A stretch of DNA of 64,000 bases from the human T2T-CHM13v2.0 reference genome, Homo sapiens, in the NCBI RefSeq assembly GCF_009914755.1, contig NC_060930.1; one strand, given 5' to 3'. Below the pieces are notes generated by a model that was not told the DNA's origin, made no database searches, and saw nothing but the letters and a program-made list of their open reading frames with translations. Numbering within the stretch: position 1 is the first letter of the stretch; every line of letters starts with the position of its first letter. This document shows positions 54,748 to 64,000 of this stretch, in pieces. Both the position numbers and the translations under genes were made by a program.

Positions 54748-55463
54748 ATGTGGCCGCAACAGGAGTTGTGGTACCTGCTGGCAGCTTTGCTGCTCTGATG
54801 GGCTCTGGTGGAAACCTGGGCGGTGGTGGATGGGTCACCCACAAGCATAGAGAAAGTATTGAGGCAACTGGAAGCACAGAGCAGTGAAAAGGAATGAACC
54901 TTTGCCGGTAGAGTTGGATGGGCACTTTTGAGTGCGCTAAGAGAAGTACACACCCAGTCCCTGAGGGATGTAGTCCAGGTAAGGGCCCTCCAGGCACATG
55001 TGGGGTGCCTGGAGGTCCGATTACAGGTTACACAGCTCAGAAAAGAAGTTAGAAACTTCCGTGAATGGGGATCTCCAGACGCAGGCGGGCCACCTAGAAG
55101 TTCAGCTACAGAGCTTGAAAAAGGAATTAGAGGATGCTGTGTATGCAGGCCTGGAAGCTCTGGGTGGGAATGAGGGGGTCTGTGCCATAAAGAAGGGGGT
55201 CCCCCACAAGAGAAAAGGGGGTCCCAATGAGTAACATGCTCACATATGTGATTTGATTTTGGCCGAGACTCACTGAGAGAAAATCGATAAACAGCCCAAT
55301 GAAGTACTCCTAACTTTGTGGAGACAGTTGTCTACCGAGCAGCAATTCCAGAAAATGCCCAAGGGGAGAAAGACATTGCTGTGTGATCTGGTCCCGCCCA
55401 GGTTCTCTGGCTCAAAGACTATGTGCTGCAGCCAGGCGGGGGAGTAAAACCTTTTTCTGTTTG
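54748..55463 (+). pseudogene. ERVL-class gag remnant
   Basis: Lies between PBS and protease; fragments such as LSALREVHTQSLRD; multiple stops and frameshifts. Confidence 0.6.
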
Positions 55464-56730
55464 ATGAGGGAACTGGCCGAGGTGCCTGGCTTTGGGAGGA
55501 CACCAGACAAGTGGAGGCCGCATGTGAAATTAGCAACCCACTGGTCTCCCACCAATGTACAACAAGTTCTGGTGCTGGTAGACACCAGAACAGATGTATT
55601 CTGGGGGTGGACGTTTTACATGACTTGGCAGCTGTGCCATCTATCTTGGAATTGATGGACTTCTTGATGACAGAATTGGGACAGTACCACTATGTGATGA
55701 ACAGGGCTAATGCAATTTTTTTTTTTTTATTAGAGAGGCAGGAACTATTTGCCTTCATGAGAGAGCAACAATGGACTTTCAGAATGTTGCCACATGGCTA
55801 TATGAGTAGCCCCACCGTATGTCATGGTCTTGTTTATAATCTTATGTTAACCTCTGATTTGCTTTCAGATTTAGAAGCAGCGATGCTAGTTTGCCTGACA
55901 TTGGGATAGTGCAGCTGAGACCACCTTCCTGGCAGTCAAGTGGGCTATTCAGCAGGCACAAGCCCTATGGGTAGTTGACCAGGGCACTCATTTGAGCTGG
56001 ATGTGCATGTGACCACAGATGGTTTTGGTTGGGGCCTGTGGCAGCACACAGAGTGCTTGAGAATGCCAGTAGGCTTTTGGTGCCAACTGTGGAAGGGAGC
56101 TGAGCTCCAGTATTCTTTGACAGAGAAACAGCTAGCAGCTGTATATGCTGCTGTTCGGGCTTGTGAGAGTGTGACAGGATGGGCTGTAGTTGTCGTGTGG
56201 ACAACTTACCTGATAGCTGGATGCGTGCATTTATGGGTAATGATCCTCCAGAGTGGGATGGTGCACATTCACTTTAGCAATGTGGGGCACCTACTTGGAG
56301 CAGTGGTGTACACTCAACACAAGCCCCTTAGCAGCAGAGTTGCAGGAAGTCTTGGGACCTGTAGTCCTAATGCAAGATAAGGCCTTGGGGCATAAGGCCA
56401 TGGTGCCTGAGGCACTCCCCTGCCCCCCATTCCTGATGGGCATGGTATGCAGATTGGTCTAGCCAGCGTACTGCTGTTGCTTGGACTGCTGTCACAGTCC
56501 AGACTATTACTGACAACATATGGTTTGATACTGGTTGTGGACAAAGTAGTCAATGGGCTGAACTCAGAACAATATGAATAGTGATCATCAAGGAGGTGAC
56601 ACCTATGATAATCTGCACTGACAGCTGTGTTTATTGAGGCTAAGCCTTGTGGTTAATCACTTAGAAATTACAAAAGTGACTAGTTGGTCACCGGCCCATG
56701 TGGGGCCAGGGCATGTGGCAAGAACTGTAA
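55464..56730 (+). pseudogene. pro-pol remnants (protease, partial RT, tether, RNase H); no integrase or env
   Basis: VLVDTRT (DTG-like, 55581); QWTFRMLPHGYMSSPTVCHGLV (LPQG motif); GFWCQLWKGAELQYSLTEKQLAAVY; RNase H-like SQWAELR and ICTDS. Confidence 0.8.
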
Positions 56731-59149
56731 GAGGAAGGATGACCTCCTCTGACCAGGTATGGGGCTGAACAGTAACTGGTTGCTGCCTGCCCCAGTGATC
56801 CTCAAGGTAGTGAAATAAAAACCTGGCTTAATGTACAAGGCCTATATGTCTGACCTTTGTGTCTGGGGTCTGTGTGCCCAGAACGTATGTATAAGGCCTA
56901 TGTGTTAGACCTGTGTGTCCAAGTCCTATGTCTCCCTTGGCCTAAGGGGTGAGGTGTTAAGGAAATGGATGTGCTGTGGTCAAGAATAGGTCGAGGCAGA
57001 CATTCAGTCCAGCATGACTGAGCGAGTTTGGAACGCAGGTGCACAACTCCCCTCATTTTGTAAACCATGCCACGTGAGGCACATTAGGTGATCACCCACA
57101 TGAGCTCATGCTTGACTCAGAGCCATGATTGTGTATAAATGGTGTGTAAAAAGGATGTGTATAAAAGCAACGTTACCCTGCTAATGCTGGACATATGGCT
57201 TGTGCCTGGGCTTGCTCAACTCCAAGCTCACTCACACCCAGAAAAAAAATAAAGCCATGTAGAAACTGTCTACAATTCCTCGAGTGTTTTTCCAGCTACC
57301 CACCACTCACCCACCGACTCCCGTCGGACCTCAGTTTGAGCCTGACATTATTATACTGCTTTTATTCTGTTATAATCATAATAGTAAGATGTAGGTATGG
57401 AGTAGAAATAAACACATGCCATTGTTGAGATGTGTTCAATGTGTCTTTAATTGGTATTGCTTAATGTCATGTGTTATAAGGCATATCTTTCCATAAGGCA
57501 GCCCTAGAAATCCTTATCAAAACAAACTTAGGATTAGAAGGATCATAAGTATAACCCAATATGGCATTTCCTGTACTCTCATAGAGATATCATTAGGTAA
57601 AAAGATTTATGTTGCATCTAAGAACACAAAGCAGATGACAGGTGCTGCCAATAACTGATATGAGCATATTCAGTTAGCAAGCCAGGACTCAGAAACAGCT
57701 TTTCCAGTTATCCAGTCTCTGTTCCACAGATAAATAGAATAATAGATTAATTCTATCAATTTTTTTCCCACACCCCAGTGATTTGTGGAGAAAATTAAAG
57801 CATTTCAAAGTATTTTATTAAATTCAAATATTATCAGGAAAGTTAAAAGTTTGTTGTATCAATACTAATATGTAAGATAATTTTCTTATACTATAAAAAA
57901 GATACATATTGGAAAGGTATTTTGGTGTGTATAAAAGTTTTAAAATAATAATTATCTAGACGGATTAATAAGATAATAGTGCAAATATAAGGATATAACT
58001 TGCCTTATAAGTACATAGAAATTTCCTAAAAGATTCTATGTCAGAAGCTTAAACCATAGGGTAAATGATCCATTTTTATTTAAGTGTATTTGCTATCTAT
58101 TTTACTTTTTCATCTATTTTATCTATTTCTTCTGAATATATGTATGGAAAGATATATAAATTATATCAAAAATATATGTGAAAAATTATACATCTATTGT
58201 CAGAATTCTTTTGTTGGATCTTAAACATGCATATAATTTCAACAAACGCAGAATAAAACACTTTTGGACAAAATTTCCCTGCTCAAATTACTCATATCTT
58301 CTCCAACTGAATTTATAAACTTGTAATATCAGTTTATCTTATACAACTCTCAAATCATACCCATGCATACTGCATTATACATCTCCATATTTGTTGATTC
58401 TCTGACCCACTTTTCATTTTCTTTCCTTAGCTGCCCCCCTAATTGAAGGTAATTCCTAGCTATAGTTGAAAATTTTCAAATGTGATTAATATGGAACAAT
58501 TGTTTAATTATGTATTAATCCTTTTTTAAAAATTATTTGAACATTAGTCAATTAAGTTGACTTTTATGAGGACACATTAAAATTACTTAAATGATTTATT
58601 AATGAAAACACATTTTGTATCTGTTTTTGTTCTTACATTCTAAAATACTTGTTCTCCACATAAAGCTTCACTCTACTCTAATTTTCTTGTACAGACACAT
58701 AGTGGCCAAGGATAGTCAAATAATGGAGGCTCTACCTGAAGACGAGAATACTGCCATTTTTGGTGCACATTCAAGTTATCTGCTGGATGGAAAGATGTAT
58801 TCTTGTTTTGCTTGACTTTGCCTCACCGTGGTCATACTGCCTTTCTTTTTTGTGAAAGGCTGTTTCTCCAATATTTGAACTACTTAATGTATGAATTCAG
58901 TTTGGGATTTAGGAAAGCCTGCTAAATTTCAAACTTCCAGCTCACCCCATACATATATTAATTCATCCACTGCCACACTAACATAATAAATTCCATTCTT
59001 ATCACTTTCTTTGCTGAAAATAAATGTGTGTAAGACTTCGGTATCTGATCTATAGACTTCTTCATAAAGAATTAAAAAAATCAGTAAATATATTGTCACA
59101 ACAGTTCATCAAATGTATTGTCGTTACTTTTTCTATTTAGCTATTTCTC

Positions 59150-59282
59150 TTTAAACTCTAAGTTCATGAAGACAGAGAGCATGTCAGACTTTCCCAGGAT
59201 CTTGTACTCAGCATGAGGCACAGTGCGTACCACAGAGTAGTCTATGGATAAATATTTATTGAGTGACTGATTGGATGAGTAC
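59150..59282 (+). mobile_element. L2 3' end
   Basis: 'taagttcatgaagacagaga...gcacagtgc.t..cacagagtag...ataaatatttattgagtga'. Confidence 0.8.
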
Positions 59283-61099
59283 ATACTTTGTCTCATAAAA
59301 ATTCTGTACCCTCAACTTTCTTATTCACTTTGCGCTTTATGAGTATGCATTTCTCACTGTGTACTACACAGTCCATTTTCTGATCAGATTATTTAGCTGA
59401 GAATAAAGCTAAAATATAAGATATTATTTGCCTTATTTTTCATTACAATTGAATTTCTGCTATGCTCACATTAAAAGATATAACCAACAATAGATAATTA
59501 AGTTATGCACTAAATCTAAGAGGCAGTACACAATATTGTGAAAATACGAAGATTTATAATCCTCAGTGAAGTTTCCATGAAAAGCTTAATTCAGCTAATG
59601 TGATACAATTTAAACAACAGAAGAATTATATGAAAAGTGAAATATTTAAACAACAGTTCAGTACAAACAGAAAAAGGATAAAAATATGAAATATAAGAAG
59701 TTGTGCAGAAATTTGGAAAAAAAACTATATTTTATTATTTGATAAATTAGAAAAGTCTATAGAGAAGAAGAACTATGATCTGTCTTAAAGAATGGCTGAG
59801 AATTGTTTAGGATCATGGGACGAATAACAACATCAACATACTGCATATTTGGAACTTGAATCTCTCATTTATTTACCTTAATAAAAGTTTTATCAGATAG
59901 AATAAATTGCAGATACAATTTGGATTTAGAAACTTTTATACTTGGAAAAGGCTTTCTACCTATGACTTTCTTCTATCTAGCACATATTACTATTTTTATA
60001 AGTTTCATTTTGAAAGTCATGTCTATATGGAAACTCCACAAAAAGCTTCATTTAACCTTTCTCTAAGTAACCATCACATTATTATTCTTTGTTTATGTTA
60101 TATTGGTATTTGACTGAGCATCGAATATGCCATTTTTGTTTTCTCTGCCTAAGTCCTGAACCAACTGAGAAAGAGATGTAAGGAATGAGACACATTCAGA
60201 TCTACATATTAATTTTATTGTTTAGGTGGTTGATGAATAACAGTGAAACTAAGGCCGGTTGTGACATTGAACATCGAAATTGAGAGACTTCTGACCTAGT
60301 CACATGTCCCGCTAAGCAACACAGTTTTCCTAATCTGAGAGTGAACACTCACACAATTTATGACCTGGAGAAGCAGCCTCCAATGGACCTTCTGTCTAGG
60401 AAGTCAAATCTTGAAGAAAAAAAAAAGAAGAAAGAAAAAATTGAGTTAAGTACATTTATTTTCTTTTTGAAATTTACCAATAACATAAATCAAATTTCTA
60501 CTCAGAGTAAAAGTAAGTAGGAGGACAAATGGGGCTGAGAGCGTTATGCCAGTAGATAACTCTCCAAATAGAAGAGAACATTGTAAGTCGGGAGTAAAGA
60601 GTTTGGTAGTTTTTGTTTGTTTACTTGTTTGCTTGCTTTTGTTTCAAACTGAAACAGTATAAAGAGAAGGACATTTATTTTGATGTAAGAAAAATATGGA
60701 TTCAGGTCTTGGCTCAACAGTTTTTTACTCAATAGTTTATATTGGTATTCCCTAATAAATATTTTAAAATTGACCAACATTTCAGCTTTATTTTCTTCTA
60801 TATAGTTTATTTGTATACTGTCTGTTGATTTCTTTTAAGCATTCAGTTAATTTAAATATAAGGCAATGTTTTATTTTCAATCTTACGTGAAAATAAACCA
60901 TAGTATGTCCCCCCCCATTATGAACTAGGTTGAAATTGTTATTAGTGCTTGAACATATACCCTTCCTATTCTTTTTGTTCCAATTTCTCTTGCCCACATA
61001 TGTCCTTTATATTTGATAAAAGACCCTTACATATGCTGTTTTGAAACAAATATTTCAGACACGTAGTTAATAGTACTTTTTTGCTTCCCATTTGAAGCT

Positions 61100-61390
61100 A
61101 GATGTGTCTTGTTTTAGCTAATAAAATGCGATCGGAGGTGACATGATCATTTGTTTACCAAAACCGACAGCCAGTGAAAGACTCCCCATTAACCTTCCTC
61201 ATGATGCAATAGTGGCGGAAACAGATGGCGGTAAGCCGCCATCAACATGGGCTTCTGATTAAGACAGTATACAGAGCTCTAAGCATCAATTTTGCATAGA
61301 GAGTATGAGCATAAATAAACTTTTACTGCTTTAAGTTATTGAGTATTTGCATCATTTTTTGTTGTGACACAACCGAGCTTATACTCATAG
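61100..61390 (+). mobile_element. Old MLT1-type LTR 3' portion
   Basis: 'tgag..taaataaactttta.tg.tttaag..attgag.atttg...tttgtt...caca'. Confidence 0.45.
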
Positions 61391-62219
61391 AGTATACAGG
61401 GTCCTTCATGATATGCCGCTGCTTATATTTTAGCTCTATCTCTTGAGCTCACTGTATTTCTCCATATGTTATACTACTTTATAACTCCATCATTTATTGA
61501 TTCACTCAGCAAAATCATTGTGTATGTGGCCTAGATGCTGCAGTATACAAGGGTTTAAAAAGGCACTTACCATCCTCTTAGTGAGATAACTAATACACAG
61601 AGCAGTAAAATAGAAAGTCAACAAGAAGAATAGAGTGGATGTCTGCTGATTTTCTGTATCCTGCTCCATTCCCTCTCCTATTCACTATTCTCTGTCAGGT
61701 TGCCAAGTTTCCCTCCATCTCATTAAGGGTTTCTTGCTCTCTTAAAGCTTTTAACCTTCCCCATATCCAAGCTCTGGGGGGTGAACACTATTGTATCAAG
61801 CACTGCACCCTCCTTCATTCCCTTGAAAATAGTGATTGGTTTAAGGTGAGGCACAACAGCAAGTTCTTTGAAGGTTTCCTGGGAAAGTTGCTTCCATATA
61901 TTTTCAAAAAAGAAAGTTTCTTCCATATAGTTTCAAAAAAGCTAATGGCACTGTATTACTCTTTCAAATTGGATAAATACATTGAAGCATAAAGACCTTG
62001 GGGTTACTAAAAACTCTCAGGTGGGGTGCATGGATAGTGACATAGGATGAATTGGGCAAACAAAAAAACTGAGGGGGAAAGGAAAAAGAAACCATCATTT
62101 TGGTGTTGTGAATGGACAATTGGATCAAATGCTACTCTTCCTTGTGAAGATTTAGTTATGAAAAAAACTAATACTGTATGTGTGTATGTGCCTGTGTAAG
62201 CTTAATTGGATTTCCTTTT

Positions 62220-62680
62220 GTGTTTAAAAAATGAAAGGCCTCTCTAGAGATGTGACCTGTGTGGTGAGAGATTAGAATAAGTCAAGTATGTGAAGAACTG
62301 TGTGAAGTGAGGAGTGATATAAAAAGTCCCGAAAGCTACAAAAGGCTTGACTTTAATGAGGGACTAAAAAAGAATGTCAGAGGGACGGAACGACACTGAG
62401 TTAGAGTGGCAATAATAAGGGGCGAATTTAGAGAATTAAGCAGAATGATGTTAGCCTTATTGATCATGGAAAAAAGTGTGGATTTTATTTTAATAGCAAT
62501 GAAACCCATTGAAGGGTTTAAGCAGGGAAATAAAAGGATCTGATTTACATTTTTAAAAGAGTACTACTCTGCACAAGGCTAAAAGGGTAAGAAAAAGGCA
62601 AAGCAGAAGGAAGAATTTTGTGTTAGTCTAGGGGAAGTAGATTTTAGGCTAGTTGAGAATTTGCAGTAAGGAAGTTCAGC
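62220..62680 (-). mobile_element. L2 remnant (3' end piece also at ~61490-61630)
   Basis: 'tggattttatttta..agcaatg..acccattgaagggtttaagcaggg....atctgatttacatttttaaaagag'. Confidence 0.75.
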
Positions 62681-63739
62681 ATCCCTGGAATGCCTTTACA
62701 GAAACTTCCCTATCAGGATAATTCCTATTTATCTTTTGAGTCTCAGCATTAAAGCACTGCTTAGAGCAGAGATTAAATTACAAAAAAAAAAAGGAATAGA
62801 TTTCAGGACAGTGTCAATCCTCACTGAGATCTTAGTCTCTAAATAGCCATTTTTTTTTTTTTTTGGTTAATACGAGAATATATTGTAATGAGAATTACAG
62901 AAGAAATCAGTAAATCTACATTTAGGATCATTATTTTTCACTAATAAAACCTTAGCTTTTAATAAAAGTAACATACATTCCTTTGTGATACACATGAGTT
63001 TTACAATTATTGTAGGAGTGACATACTTGAGTTAAGCTGGCTTAGGGGAAATAAGTGAAATTTTTAAAGGGGACACAACTTTGTATTAAAGCATCCATAC
63101 TTTATTCATTTCCATGAGTCCACTCTGTGCCTAATGTGAGTCAATCTGAGAAAGAAAAAAAACGACACTATCACCTAGGTGATACTTGAGATAACAACTG
63201 ATAAATCATAAGTAGGGACTAGGTAGCATGGACTGATAGAAGGATAGAGAACACAAGGTTAAAGAAAAATTATTTATGAAATCAAAGTATAAGAATAAAT
63301 TAGGGAAGCTGAAATGCTCTCTACCATTATGCAGTTGGATTAGTTTTTACCCAATGTGACCAAAATAGTATTTAGCAAGTTTAAAAATATAAGTAAGTAA
63401 AAAACAAAAACAACCTAATTATCTGAGTCTATGTTTCTTGGGGGGATATTTATCCATATTTTTTTTACAAAGGTCTAATTATATCTTAACAAATTTGAAG
63501 AAGTATGTGACAGAAGGCAGGGCAAGTGAGGGGAGTGGGTTGGTGAGGAACAGGGTAATAATGTAATAAGTAAAGTGGGCAATCCCTAATCAGGCATGAC
63601 AGTTGGGGTGGGGACAAGCCTTTTTCATAACACACACTGAGTTTAACAAGAATTTTGTTTCCAGCAGCCTCCTTTATTTTTGCCCCTTCCACACAAACAA
63701 TAAATGGTTGAATTAAGTCCTATGTAAGATAATGAAAGA

Positions 63740-64000
63740 CCATCCCTAATCTGAAAATCTGACATTTGAAATGCGGCAAAATTCAAATCATTTTCAGTGC
63801 TGGCATGATGTCACAAGTGGATGATGAGGATGATGTTAACACTGCAGAAAAAGTGCCTATAGATTACATGGTGAAAATATGTGATGGGTTTATTAAAGAA
63901 GTAGATCAGTAGGCATTAATAACAGAGTAAGAAATCATGTCACTTTATAAAAACAAAGAGAGACTTCTAAGACAAAACATTGTTCATAAGGCAGATAACT
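63740..64000 (+). mobile_element. Tigger4 (Zombi) internal-deletion derivative, runs off window
   Basis: Terminal segment 'catccctaatctgaaaatctga..tgaaatgc..caaaat' joined to transposase-like tail DDEDDVNTAEKVPIDYMVKICDGFIKEVDQ*. Confidence 0.75.

Larger units (their letters stand above)
54321..57347 (+). mobile_element. HERVL18/HERV-S-type (LTR18) provirus, internally deleted
   Basis: Two homologous TG..CA LTRs (54321-54682, 56955-57347), primer-binding site right after 5'LTR, polypurine tract AAGGGGTGAGG (56944-56954), TSD CTATT/TTATT, gag/pro/pol remnants. Confidence 0.9.

Noticed and set aside
58680-58860. Acceptor-like CTAAT..TTTCTTGTACAG followed by an open stretch
   Set aside because: No strong donor and no recognisable product.

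Overview
Primate (most likely human) AT-rich, CpG-depleted non-coding DNA, either gene desert or large intron. I found no intact protein-coding gene, RNA gene or CpG island; the ORF track is mostly decayed L1/ERV frames, Alu antisense frames and low-complexity noise. Much of the window is recognisable transposable elements. These include a full-length L1PA7/8-type LINE with target-site duplications (TSDs; 2884-9418, -) and a long L1PB4-type LINE (14075-21620, -) interrupted by a two-LTR THE1D that itself holds a truncated L1PA. There is also a 3-kb, heavily deleted HERVL18/HERV-S (LTR18) provirus (54321-57347, +), solo LTRs (MLT2A, MLT2, MSTB inside MLT1 inside MIR, LTR78-like), seven full Alus and one ~48-nt mini-Alu, older L1M/L2/MIR relics, and Tigger4 and MER3/33 DNA transposons. 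Subfamily names come from recalled consensus sequences and need RepeatMasker/Dfam confirmation. I do not see a new biological system. The most unusual signals are DNA-repair or replication scars: an 84-bp templated insertion copied from 2.2 kb away, an old local 150-bp duplication, and template-switch hairpins. Also notable are the minimal two-LTR provirus, the mini-Alu, a TSD-less AluY, and a few candidate regulatory or exon elements.
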